A DNA stretch of 64,000 bases from Candidatus Limnocylindrales bacterium (GCA_049520815.1 JBEKPL010000002.1:14654-78653); one strand, 5' to 3'; shown: positions 22,553 through 31,513, counted from the first letter of the stretch. Notes: generated by a model not told the origin, from the sequence alone. Made by a program: numbers and translations.

Positions 22553-22756
22553 TACGCGCATTCTTCTCCTGTCGACTGCTCCACTGGGAGATTAACGCGA
22601 TTGATCGCGTTGGGGCTGCGGATCATCGATGCTCGATGGGTACGGCTATCTCGGATGTCCAGAATCGGGCATTTCTCCGTGATCGGGAACCTGTCTTCAC
22701 TTCACCTCGGCGAGGAAGCATCGATCGGCAACTAGAACTCAATATCGTCGGCAGCG
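22553..22756 (+). pseudogene. Upstream remnant of the hexapeptide acetyltransferase, cut off by an in-frame TAG
   Basis: The frame of ORF 22757-23212 reads 'GLRIIDARWVRLSRMSRIGHFSVIGNLSSLHLGEEASIGN' and then TAG at 22733-22735. The hexapeptide-like periodicity continues across the stop. Confidence 0.5.
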
Positions 22757-23212
22757 ATGTCCACAGCCGCTGACCGGGCCGCAGGAACCTGCATTCTGAG
22801 GCTCCATGTCGGACGTCATTCATCGGTTGCGTGCCGTCACTACTTGGATTGTTCGGGAGGGATCAGCATCGGAGAGTTCACGACAGTCGAAGGCGTCCGA
22901 GCGACCATCTTGAGTCACTCACTTGACGTCGAAACCAGCGTCCAAATCAATAGACCAGTGAGGATTGGGGAGATGTGCTTCGTCAGCTCTAATGTGTGCG
23001 CAGTGCCCGGCGGCACCATTCCCGAAGGCTGCGCGATTGCGATGGGTGCCGTGGTTGTCGGAGAACTGCCCACCGGCAAGGCTATGCACGCTGGCGTCCC
23101 GGCCAAACCGGTCAAGATGAGAATCGAGGACGGTGCCTGTTTCCGCCGAAGACGGGGCGTCGTTGGACTCGACGAACCGGACGGGCTTGCGAACCCCGGG
23201 TCACGGCCATGA
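22757..23212 (+). CDS. Left-handed beta-helix (hexapeptide repeat) O-acetyltransferase, WcaF/Mac-like, possibly truncated
   Basis: Motif 'GGISIGEFTTVEGVRATILSHSLD..VRIGEMCFVSSNVCAVPGGTIPEGCAIAMGAVVVGE'. The stop overlaps the next start (ATGA). Confidence 0.7.
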   Translation: MSTAADRAAGTCILRLHVGRHSSVACRHYLDCSGGISIGEFTTVEGVRATILSHSLDVETSVQINRPVRIGEMCFVSSNVCAVPGGTIPEGCAIAMGAVVVGELPTGKAMHAGVPAKPVKMRIEDGACFRRRRGVVGLDEPDGLANPGSRP

Positions 23213-25122
23213 ACCTGCTGCGAGGGAGTGTCCCCACGTTCAAGCCGACACTGGAGTCAGCGGGAAGGTTGGCCGCAGCCGCGGCAGTTGTGACGGTTTC
23301 GTGGAATGCCGTCCGTCTCAGCTCCAGCGTCACGTTGTCGGACGCCTTCCTGCTGGTCGCCGCAGCGGTTCTCGTTTCGGCCGGCGTGACCGGTCGGCTC
23401 ACTTCGCTCGGCCTGACCGGGCGGCTCAGCGTCAGTTCGGTTCCCATGTGGCTGCCGATCTCGGGAGCTCTCCTGCTCGTCGCTGGCGTTCTGTCGGCAC
23501 TCAGCTCAGCCGACGTCAAAGGCAACCTAGCCCCCGCGGTCGCTTTCGTGATAGCACTCACGTTCGTTCCGCTGATAGTCGGCCTCGCGACTGGAACGAG
23601 CCGCTTGATCAGAACCTTTGCCTTGCTTCTCCTCGTGTCATCTGCGATCAGCGGCGGAGAGGCCGTAGCCGACTTGGTCAGCGGAGCTGGCATATCTACT
23701 GCGATCAGCGGCGCTGCGTTCTTGGGCCGCTCGGCAGGCCTGTCGGTTCATCCCAACCATATGGCTCTCGCGGCAGCCATGGGGCTCCCACTCGCGTATG
23801 GGCTGCTCGTCACGAGTAGACGACGCGCGGAGCAGACTTTCGTCTACCTGCTCCTCCTGCCGGTCACTGGCGGCATATTCGCATCGGGATCGAGGGCGGG
23901 GCTGGTCTGCGCTGTCGGGGGAGTTGCGACGGCTTGGTTCCTCTCGCGCGGGGAATACAAGCGGTGGCGCGTGGCTGTTGTTATGTTCGCGATCGGTCTC
24001 TTGGTGCTGATCGTATCGTCTGCCATGGGGTGGCACCAGCTGACGGTCGCAACCGATCGACTCGTTGGCCTTCAGCCGACCACAGAGAGCAACAGCATAC
24101 GCGTGGCGGATTACACGCAAGCGGTGGCTTCGATCTCCTCGAACCCCCTCGTGGGAACGGGGTTCTCGTCTGTTCGCATCGCGCACAACATCTACCTGCA
24201 AGTGCTCGAGGCCGGCGGCGTCCTCGGCATAACGGCCTTTGCCATCTTTGGAATCGGTTTCCTTTACTTGGGCCTTCGGCTCTGTCGGGATATGAGGCTG
24301 CCGGCGGAAATGGAAGCGTTCGCGGCTGCCGCTACAGCCTCCATGCTGACGTGGTTTGCGGGTGGGCTCGTCGGCAACCAGATCTACGATCGCTACCTGT
24401 ATGTGCCCTGCGGTCTCCTTGTTGGAATAGCCCTCATGGCTCGGAGTAGCTCAGCTAGCCGGATTGGCGCAGTCATAGGGAAAGAATGGATGAGAGATCC
24501 GCGCATCGAAGAGCATCTAGTCGGAGGCGCGCTTGCCGTTGACCTTGGGTGCGGAGGCGGCGAGTGGGCGGATGCCGCAATGGGCCGGTACGACCGGGTT
24601 GTGGGAATTGACGTAAGCCTCGACCGTCTCGAACGCAGAACGCACCCCAAAGGGGGCTGGGAGTTCGTTCAGGCAGATCTGAACAACGGCATCCCACTGC
24701 CGGACGCGTGCGCCGACGGCGTCCATGCGGACCAGGTGATCGAGTACGTGGCAAACCCACTGCAGTTCGTCCTCGAGGCCTACCGCGTGCTGCGCCCAGG
24801 GGGAGTTCTTGTGCTGGCGACGCCAAACGTGCGGGACATGCGCCACGTCATCCGGCTCGTTGCGGGAGGCCACGGGTCGATCACTTCTGGAGAGGTCCCT
24901 CGCACGCCAGAGGCATGGGACGAAGGCCGCGTTCACTTCCTGTCCTCGCGCGACCTCGAGCGGCTCGCTCGCACGGCAGGCTTCTCAAGCATTCAAACGG
25001 AGGCCCTCATCGACACATCGGGCTCGATGAGGCCCCTGCGGCGCCTCCTCAACAGTGCGAGAAGACGCGGCCTGGTCAAGGGGCTACTCTGTGGCAAATT
25101 GATGCTTGCGGCTACCAAGTGA
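23209..25122 (+). CDS. Fusion protein: Wzy_C/O-antigen-ligase-type polytopic membrane domain plus C-terminal class I SAM-dependent methyltransferase
   Basis: Membrane part: 'GSRAGLVCAVGG..GTGFSSVRIAHNIYLQVLEAGGVLGITAF'. C-terminal part: 'AVDLGCGGGEW..VVGIDVS..LRPGGVLVLATPN' (SAM motifs I and post-I). Start placed at ATG 23209 (ATGA overlap). The ORF extension back to 22996 is rejected. Confidence 0.75.
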   Translation: MNLLRGSVPTFKPTLESAGRLAAAAAVVTVSWNAVRLSSSVTLSDAFLLVAAAVLVSAGVTGRLTSLGLTGRLSVSSVPMWLPISGALLLVAGVLSALSSADVKGNLAPAVAFVIALTFVPLIVGLATGTSRLIRTFALLLLVSSAISGGEAVADLVSGAGISTAISGAAFLGRSAGLSVHPNHMALAAAMGLPLAYGLLVTSRRRAEQTFVYLLLLPVTGGIFASGSRAGLVCAVGGVATAWFLSRGEYKRWRVAVVMFAIGLLVLIVSSAMGWHQLTVATDRLVGLQPTTESNSIRVADYTQAVASISSNPLVGTGFSSVRIAHNIYLQVLEAGGVLGITAFAIFGIGFLYLGLRLCRDMRLPAEMEAFAAAATASMLTWFAGGLVGNQIYDRYLYVPCGLLVGIALMARSSSASRIGAVIGKEWMRDPRIEEHLVGGALAVDLGCGGGEWADAAMGRYDRVVGIDVSLDRLERRTHPKGGWEFVQADLNNGIPLPDACADGVHADQVIEYVANPLQFVLEAYRVLRPGGVLVLATPNVRDMRHVIRLVAGGHGSITSGEVPRTPEAWDEGRVHFLSSRDLERLARTAGFSSIQTEALIDTSGSMRPLRRLLNSARRRGLVKGLLCGKLMLAATK

Positions 25123-25196
25123 AGAATCCACGGCACTCACCGGTTGCGCTCCCGTGGCTTGGAGGCAGGCAGTTCGAGAGTGGAGACTGACCCAAG

Positions 25197-26189
25197 TTGA
25201 CTCAGCTTGACAACCGACCTCGCCGGATACTCGTCACGGGAGGCTCCGGTTTCATCGGGACCAACGCGATCGAGGCGTTGCGGCGTCATGGCCACACGGT
25301 CATCAACATCGATGTCGCGCCCCCCAAGGACCCAACACATGCGAGTTGCTGGCGCCAGGTGGACATCCTGGACCTGCCTGCGCTGCGTCAGGAGCTCCTT
25401 TCCTTCCAGCCGGAGATCGTGCTCCATCTTGCCGCCCGCGCAAGCCTCGACGGGAGGGGCGGCCTAGCTGCTTTCGCTGCGAACATCGATGGCGTCGCCA
25501 ACATGATCCAGGCGATCATCGCGGTGGGCTCTGTCGAACACAGCTTCTTCACGTCCACCCGCCTGGTCAACGACCTTGGCTACGCGCCCAAGCACGATCG
25601 GGACTACCAGGCGTCAACGATGTACGGGCTCAGCAAGGCGCGCGGCGAAGAGTTGGTCCGGGATGCCAGCCATGCGCTAGGCACGTGGACGATCCTGCGG
25701 CCCACAGGGATTTGGGGCCCATGGTTCGGCGTCCCATACCGGGACTTCTTCAAGACCATTGAGCGTGGTCTGTATCTTCACCCCGGGCGGCGCACCGTTC
25801 GGAAGGCATATGGATACGTTGAGAACACCGTCTATGAAATCGAGACGCTCATGGCACAACCAGCCGCCGATGTACACGGGCAAACGTACCTGCTCACGGA
25901 CTACCCAGCCGTCTCCGTTCGAGAATGGGCGGAACTGATCCGCGAGAAGCTCGGAGCGAGGCGGATCAGGAGCGTCCCAATCCCAGCGCTACGTGCCGCG
26001 GGCGCTATCGGCGATGTTGTGGAGCGAATTGGGGGCCACGCGCTGTTGACGAGCTTCCGTGTGAACAACATGGCGACTGACATGGTCTACGACACGTCGC
26101 CGCTCGAAGCGATGGTCGGTCGACTCCCCTTCAGCCTGGAGGAGGGCGTGGACCGGACCATCGCGTGGCTCAAAGCTGGAGCTGGATGA
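25197..26189 (+). CDS. NAD-dependent epimerase/dehydratase family protein (extended SDR)
   Basis: Motifs 'ILVTGGSGFIGTNAIEAL' and 'YGLSKARGE' (YxxxK). TTG start. Confidence 0.8.
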   Translation: MTQLDNRPRRILVTGGSGFIGTNAIEALRRHGHTVINIDVAPPKDPTHASCWRQVDILDLPALRQELLSFQPEIVLHLAARASLDGRGGLAAFAANIDGVANMIQAIIAVGSVEHSFFTSTRLVNDLGYAPKHDRDYQASTMYGLSKARGEELVRDASHALGTWTILRPTGIWGPWFGVPYRDFFKTIERGLYLHPGRRTVRKAYGYVENTVYEIETLMAQPAADVHGQTYLLTDYPAVSVREWAELIREKLGARRIRSVPIPALRAAGAIGDVVERIGGHALLTSFRVNNMATDMVYDTSPLEAMVGRLPFSLEEGVDRTIAWLKAGAG

Positions 26190-28402
26190 GAATCCTTCAC
26201 GTCACGGCGTGGCTAGCCCCCAGGTACGGCGGCCCCGCCGCCTTTCTCCCGAAAGCTTGCGCAGCGGTCTGTGCGCTCGGCCACGATGTTGAGATCGTGG
26301 CCACCGACGCCGATGGACCAGGCGTCGTCGACGCGCCCACGGGCCGTAGGGTGGACTGGGCGGGCGCGGCTGTGACATTCCATCCGCGGTCGTGGCCGCG
26401 GCGCTTCCTCGTGTCTTGGCCGCTACTGCGCGACCTCTGGCAACGGTCATCGCGGTTCGACGTTGTACACATTCACTACCTTTACCGCTTCCACACTATC
26501 GCCGCGGTTCTTGCCGCCCGACATGCCGGCGTTCCATACGTCATCCAAGCTCATGGCAGCCTCGATCCGTGGCACCGACGGCGACGACGGCGCACGAAGA
26601 GCCTTTACCACGCCCTCATCGAGGACTCGCATCTTCGCGGGGCAGCTGCGATCATCTGCACCACGGATCAGGAAGCGAGGGCAATCCGCGGTCTCGGCTA
26701 CGCGGGATCCACGTGGGTAATACCGATCGGGATCGACGCCGAGGATCTTCGGCGCCCGGCGTCGGCAGATGCCTTCCTGGCGCACGCCGGCGTGGAACCG
26801 AGAACGCGCGTCGTGACATTCCTGGGTCGGATCTCCGAGAAGAAGGGGCTGCCATTGCTCGTGGAGGCATTCCGCGACACTGCATCGCAGTTTCCATCCG
26901 CTCGATTGCTCGTGGCCGGCCCGGACGACGAAAGCATCGGGCGAAGGCTTGGTGGGCGCATCGAGGAGCTGGGCCTCAGCGGTCGCGTCTCGTTCCTCGG
27001 ATCGGTCGAGGGCGACGAGAAGCGGGCACTTCTCCAGCGCTCCGATGTCTTCGTTCTGCCGTCAGCCGACGAGAGCTTTGGGATTGCCGTTGCCGAGGCG
27101 ATGGCGGTCGGCTGCCCGGTGGTAGTGAGCCCCTACGTTGCGCTTCAGGATGTAGTGGCATCCACGGGAGCCGGCATCGTCGCAGAACGCACCAGTGCAA
27201 GCATCGCCACGGCCGTGAACGCGATCCTTCAGGATCGCCCGAAGGCGGACGGCATGGCGGCCGCAGGCAAGCGAGTTGTTGGCGACAAATACTCCTGGCC
27301 TCGAGTTGCGGCCGAGTTGGAACGCATGTATGCGAGCGTCCGGGCGACATCGGCTCGGCGAACTGGTCGAGCCGTCAACTCGGCCCCAGCTGCGGACTGG
27401 ACCCCCCGGGAGCCGCCCATTGTATGTCCGAAATGCCGTGGTCCGCTGCGACTTGAACCCGGCGAGTATGAATGCGTTGGGTGTCGCCAGTCGTTCTCCA
27501 TCATCGATGGGATCCCGGTTCTTGTGAGCGACCTCGGAGTGACTGTGCATGACGAGATAGACCACGTCCACGTGCAGGGCGAAGGTGCTCGGGATGCTGC
27601 AGCCCGCAAGGCGGCGCAGGCGCGGCACTTTGACCGCGATGTCACTGAGCAGTTCGAGATCGAGCGGCCCCACGGAACGCCGCGACTCTACCGTTTCTTC
27701 CTTGGGGAGAAGTTCCGTCGTGCAACTGAGCCCTTGGGGTGCCATCTGTATGGAGCAACTGCCCTGACCGTCTGCGGCGGGTCGGGCATGGATGCCGAGT
27801 ACCTGTCTCGTGCGGGCGCCACGGTCGTCAGTTCGGACCTGTCGCTGGGTGCCGCTACGCGAGCAAAGACCCGCTCTGAGCGCCATGGCCTGGAACTCGG
27901 ATCGATCGTGGCGGACTTGGAACGCCTTCCGTATGCCGACCATTCGGTGGATCTCGTGGCCGTTCATGACGGGCTGCACCACCTGGACGACCCATACGCC
28001 GGCGTGTCTGAGATGGCGCGCGTCGCTCGGCGCTGGGTCGTCATCACTGAACCAGCTCGGGCGTCGGTGACGAGGTTGGCGATCCGCCTGGGACTGGCTC
28101 TGGAGCGAGAAGATGCCGGCAATCGCGTCATTCGCCTTGAGCCGTCCGAGGTGGCCGCATACCTGGAAGCACGTGGGTTCGTGGTGCTACGGGCCGAACG
28201 CTACGCCATGTACTACTCACATCGTCCAGGGACGATCTTCCGGCTCCTGAGCCGGCCGGTCGTCTTCATGGTCGTGCGAGCCGGTTGGCGGGCGGCCAAC
28301 GCTCTGTTGGGCCGATTCGGCAACAAGATGGTTGTCGTCGCGGAGCGCACCCAGCGAGGCGAGGTCGATTCCAAGGCTCCCATGCCATGTCAGGCCTGGT
28401 GA
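26186..28402 (+). CDS. Tri-domain fusion: GT4 glycosyltransferase, Trm112-like Zn-ribbon and SAM-dependent methyltransferase
   Basis: GT4 part: 'MRILHVTAWLAPRYGGPA..LPSADESFGIAVAEAMAVGCP'. Zn-ribbon: 'CPKCRGPL..CVGCRQSFSIIDGIPVL'. Methyltransferase: 'LTVCGGSGMDAEYL..VAVHDGLHHLDDP'. ATGA overlap with the upstream gene. Confidence 0.8.
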   Translation: MRILHVTAWLAPRYGGPAAFLPKACAAVCALGHDVEIVATDADGPGVVDAPTGRRVDWAGAAVTFHPRSWPRRFLVSWPLLRDLWQRSSRFDVVHIHYLYRFHTIAAVLAARHAGVPYVIQAHGSLDPWHRRRRRRTKSLYHALIEDSHLRGAAAIICTTDQEARAIRGLGYAGSTWVIPIGIDAEDLRRPASADAFLAHAGVEPRTRVVTFLGRISEKKGLPLLVEAFRDTASQFPSARLLVAGPDDESIGRRLGGRIEELGLSGRVSFLGSVEGDEKRALLQRSDVFVLPSADESFGIAVAEAMAVGCPVVVSPYVALQDVVASTGAGIVAERTSASIATAVNAILQDRPKADGMAAAGKRVVGDKYSWPRVAAELERMYASVRATSARRTGRAVNSAPAADWTPREPPIVCPKCRGPLRLEPGEYECVGCRQSFSIIDGIPVLVSDLGVTVHDEIDHVHVQGEGARDAAARKAAQARHFDRDVTEQFEIERPHGTPRLYRFFLGEKFRRATEPLGCHLYGATALTVCGGSGMDAEYLSRAGATVVSSDLSLGAATRAKTRSERHGLELGSIVADLERLPYADHSVDLVAVHDGLHHLDDPYAGVSEMARVARRWVVITEPARASVTRLAIRLGLALEREDAGNRVIRLEPSEVAAYLEARGFVVLRAERYAMYYSHRPGTIFRLLSRPVVFMVVRAGWRAANALLGRFGNKMVVVAERTQRGEVDSKAPMPCQAW

Positions 28403-28520
28403 CGCGAACGCGATGACGAACAACGCGGGAGAGCGGCCAGAGCCGTCTTCGAGTCCTTACCCCTACAAGTAGAGGGCCATATTGGGGCAGCTTGAGCCTG
28501 CCGAGCTGGACATATTGCGG

Positions 28521-28642
28521 TCACAAGCTGCCGGACTGCCAAGGCTCCAAACACCGCGCGTGATGGCCTGATGTCCGTGTACTCTGGGCCTGCCGTCGTG
28601 CCGCTGCACAAGGGAGAATGAAACGAACAACCAGGGGCCACG
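28521..28642 (+). repeat. Copy 1 of a ~120-bp diverged direct repeat upstream of a plus-strand gene
   Basis: Blocks CTGCCGGACTGCCAAGGC (17/18 versus 31782-31799), CTCTGGGCC (9/9, same 36-37 nt spacing) and 'gaaacgaacaacca' versus 'gagacgaatagcca' (11/14). Confidence 0.65.
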
Positions 28643-28657
28643 ATCGAGGCTTCATCC

Positions 28658-29677
28658 TTGAGTCCGGCAGACACGCGAAATGTCGACACTCCGCTCGTGT
28701 CCGTCGTCGTTCCGGTGCACGGATCTGCCGAGTACTTGGAGACGACGCTGCGGGCGATCCAGAGCCAAACGTATAGGCCCATAGAGGTTGTGATCGTCAA
28801 CGAGCGAGCGACAGCCGATCTGAGGTCACGGGTGAGGGCCGTTCTTCCCGACGCCGTCGTCGTCGATTCGGCCGCACCCGGTCCGAGCGCGGCCAGGAAC
28901 TCAGGTCTCGCACACTCCGTCGGTCAGTTCGTCGCCTTCCTGGATTGCGATGACGTCTGGCTGCCAGGTTTCGTCTCGGCCCTGGTTGCGGAACTCGTAC
29001 GTACCCCTTCGGCTGTCTTGGTTGGGTGCACATTCATCGAGTTCGATGCCCGCGGTCCGCGGGCAATTCGTCCGTTCAGGCGAGTGCGCCTTTCACCGGA
29101 TCCCGTCCGCTCGACGTTGATCGACTATCAGGGCCCGCCGTCAGTCGTATTGTGTAGGCGAGATGTGGTGGACCGGCTCGGCGGGTGGGGCGAATATGCT
29201 GCCCTGGAGGACCGGGTCTTCTTCGGCCGCATGGCCGTCGCCGGTCCCGTAGCGCACGTCGACCAGCCTCTCGCCCTCTATCGTATCCATCCGGACAACC
29301 TGACTCGTCGCCAAGCCACAACTGATCCCAATTCGTTGTACCTCGCCGTGCGACAGGCGAACGAGGCAGTCCTGAAGGAGATCGAGGCATCTCCCCGCAA
29401 GACGCGCCTGGAGCGAACCCTGGATGCCAATGCACATCGGTCCGCGGCGCAGTTCCATCTCCTCGCGGGCAACCGACGGATGGCAGTTCGAGAGGGCCTG
29501 AAGGCTCTCCGCCTCGCGCCGACCAGCCCAGAGCCGTACTTCGTCCTACTGCGAGCGCTTCTGGGCGACCGGGTAGCGCGACGTCTTCGTAGCTCGGTCG
29601 AGCCAACGTTCTCCGAGGAGATCCGTGAGCAAGTGCGGCGAGCCAACCAGCCGACAGCGAGACCCCCTCAGCCGTGA
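28658..29677 (+). CDS. Glycosyltransferase family 2
   Basis: Motifs 'LVSVVVPVHGSAEYLETTLRAIQSQTY' and 'FLDCDD'. TTG start. Confidence 0.8.
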   Translation: MSPADTRNVDTPLVSVVVPVHGSAEYLETTLRAIQSQTYRPIEVVIVNERATADLRSRVRAVLPDAVVVDSAAPGPSAARNSGLAHSVGQFVAFLDCDDVWLPGFVSALVAELVRTPSAVLVGCTFIEFDARGPRAIRPFRRVRLSPDPVRSTLIDYQGPPSVVLCRRDVVDRLGGWGEYAALEDRVFFGRMAVAGPVAHVDQPLALYRIHPDNLTRRQATTDPNSLYLAVRQANEAVLKEIEASPRKTRLERTLDANAHRSAAQFHLLAGNRRMAVREGLKALRLAPTSPEPYFVLLRALLGDRVARRLRSSVEPTFSEEIREQVRRANQPTARPPQP

Positions 29678-29943
29678 CGGACCGACCCAATGCGCAGCTC
29701 GGATTTCGCTCCGGCGTCCCTATGCCTTCCTGACAGCCCCGAGGGCTTGCTGGCGCGACGGCGACGCATCTTACTCCGTTACTCCGTCAAGCCAAGTTCA
29801 CATACGACGACGCCGCTCTTGTCCTGTGCGCTCCGAGCGGGTGCAGTTCAGCGGTCCGCTCAGCCGATACCCACAGCGGCCTCTTTGCGGACGCTGTCAC
29901 CACAATGACCCTCGGATGCGGAATTCATAGGTCTTGCGACCCG

Positions 29944-30030
29944 GTTTCACGCGAATTGTCCACCGGAACTCGCCGGAATTGGCCGACCGTTTCACGGCTT
30001 TTGGCCACTCGTTTCACGGCTAGTGGTCAC
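29944..30030 (+). repeat. Triple terminal direct repeats GTTTCACGsnnnnTGkyCAC (IS21-type multiple transposase-binding repeats)
   Basis: gtttcacgcgaattgtccac (29944-29963), gtttcacggcttttggccac (29989-30008) and gtttcacggctagtggtcac (30011-30030). Confidence 0.75.
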
Positions 30031-30139
30031 CCCTCCTCGGAGACCACCAGCAGCGGCGGCGTGAGGTCGTCGGACACCGCACCATGGCCTCGATGTCGTC
30101 CATCGAGGAGAGATGCCGGTGCCCCGTTCCCGTTCTGCG

Positions 30140-30603
30140 ATGCGCAAGATCAGAGAAGTCCTGCGGCTTGCCCAGCCGAGGTCCCTATCGCCGACCCAGA
30201 TCGCGATCGCGGCGAGCTTACCGCGGACGACGGTCCGCAACTATCTGTCCCGCGCTGCGGCCGCCGGCCTGATCTGGCCGCTGCCGCCTGATCTCGATGA
30301 TCGCGGTCTAGAAGAGCGGCTCTTCGGGAGACCCGCTCCACCGCCGACGATCCTGGCGCGCCCCGTTCCCGACTGGGAAGAGCTCCACGCCGAGCTGCGC
30401 CGGCCCGGAGTCACCCAGGCCCTGCTATGGTCCGAGTATCGGGAGCACTATCCCGATCGCTTCGGATACACCTGTCCACCGAGACCTATCACGCCTATGC
30501 CGGCAAGCTCGATCTCGTGATGCGCCAGGACCATCACGCTGGCGAGAAGCTCTTTCTGGACTTCGCCGGCGACACGACCCCGATCGTCGACCCCGACACC
30601 GGC
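30140..30603 (+). pseudogene. istA: istA (IS21 transposase) fragment, frameshifted near 30470 and truncated after 'DPDTG'
   Basis: 'MRKIREVLRLAQPRSLSPTQIAIAASLPRTTVRNYLSRAAAAGLIWP..LLWSEYREHYPDRFGY' continues in another frame as 'YAGKLDLVMRQDHHAGEKLFLDFAGDTTPIVDPDTG'. Confidence 0.75.
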
Positions 30604-30647
30604 GGGTGCTGCTGCCAGACGAGCCTCAAGCGCGCGGCAAGTCAAGC

Positions 30648-31439
30648 TCACGGTGTCCCGCCATTGAAGACGCACCACCCCGAGTCTCCAGCCACCGTGC
30701 ATGCAAATCCGAGACTCTCCATGAGGAGAACCACATCTTCTGACGTCGTGCCAAGGGCTCGGAGTTGTCTAGGATGCAGTTCGAGCGCAACTTGTCTGAC
30801 CGCGCCACGCCGGAATACCTCGCGAGCACCATCAATGACGTGAGATTCGTACCCTTCGACGTCTATCTTCATGAGGTCCACCGTTTCGACGCCCAAAGAC
30901 GGCAAGAGGTCGTCGAGCTTGACCTGCGTGACATGCTCACGCCTAGTCGGATAACGGACGGGAGGAGTCGCCGACGATGCACCGGTGTTCACGGAAGGCA
31001 TGATGTGGAGAACAAGGACTCCGGCAACATCACCCACCGCCGCCCGCACGACATTCACGTTGGAGCAGCTATTCAGCCCGAGGTTGGCAGCTAGTACATC
31101 CGCCACCCTTTCTTGTGGCTCAACTGCCACAACACGCCCGCTGGCGCCGACGAGCGCTGAAGCCATGACCGTGAAGTATCCCTCGTTTGCGCCCACGTCG
31201 ACGAAGGTCATCCCGGCGCTGAGGTTGTCGGCTAGGCGTCGCGTCATCGACGGTTCGTACGCGCCAGTGCGAATAAGTTCTGCTCCGAAGTATGAGACTG
31301 GATCTACGAGAAACCTCCCAGCGGGGACGTGGACCTCGCGGCGCCGAACCCGCAGTAGCACCTTCACGACCGACAAAGCTGCAGCTGGCCTCATACGGAA
31401 GAGGCTGCGCTCCAATCGCGAGAGACTCTCCGGTGCCAC
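30648..31439 (-). CDS. FkbM-family SAM-dependent methyltransferase
   Basis: Motif 'FVDVGANEGYFTVMASALVGASGRVVAVEPQERVADVLAANL..NVNVVRAAVGD'. Confidence 0.8.
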   Translation of the reverse strand: MAPESLSRLERSLFRMRPAAALSVVKVLLRVRRREVHVPAGRFLVDPVSYFGAELIRTGAYEPSMTRRLADNLSAGMTFVDVGANEGYFTVMASALVGASGRVVAVEPQERVADVLAANLGLNSCSNVNVVRAAVGDVAGVLVLHIMPSVNTGASSATPPVRYPTRREHVTQVKLDDLLPSLGVETVDLMKIDVEGYESHVIDGAREVFRRGAVRQVALELHPRQLRALGTTSEDVVLLMESLGFACTVAGDSGWCVFNGGTP

Positions 31440-31513
31440 GAGCGATCCCTTCTTCCTCAGCCTAGTAAGCGGACTATCTCGAGCACGGCTAACCCCCGGT
31501 CGCTCAACGGCGG

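Larger units (their letters stand above)
29935..30603 (+). mobile_element. IS21-family insertion sequence remnant (left end plus disrupted, truncated istA)
   Basis: Three ~20-bp direct repeats upstream of an IstA-like HTH N-terminus. The right part of the element, including istB, is absent. Boundaries are approximate. Confidence 0.7.

Noticed and set aside
23137-23155. A third copy of the 15714/17830 repeat element as an independent feature.
   Set aside because: It matches only 16/19 and lies inside coding sequence. A chance occurrence in 64 kb is not negligible, so I mention it only as weak support under the main finding.
22996-23208. The 5' extension of the Wzy-methyltransferase ORF (71 extra codons).
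   Set aside because: It overlaps the acetyltransferase coding region in another frame. The extension is Arg-rich. ATG 23209 gives the locus-typical ATGA coupling, and the membrane domain follows directly.
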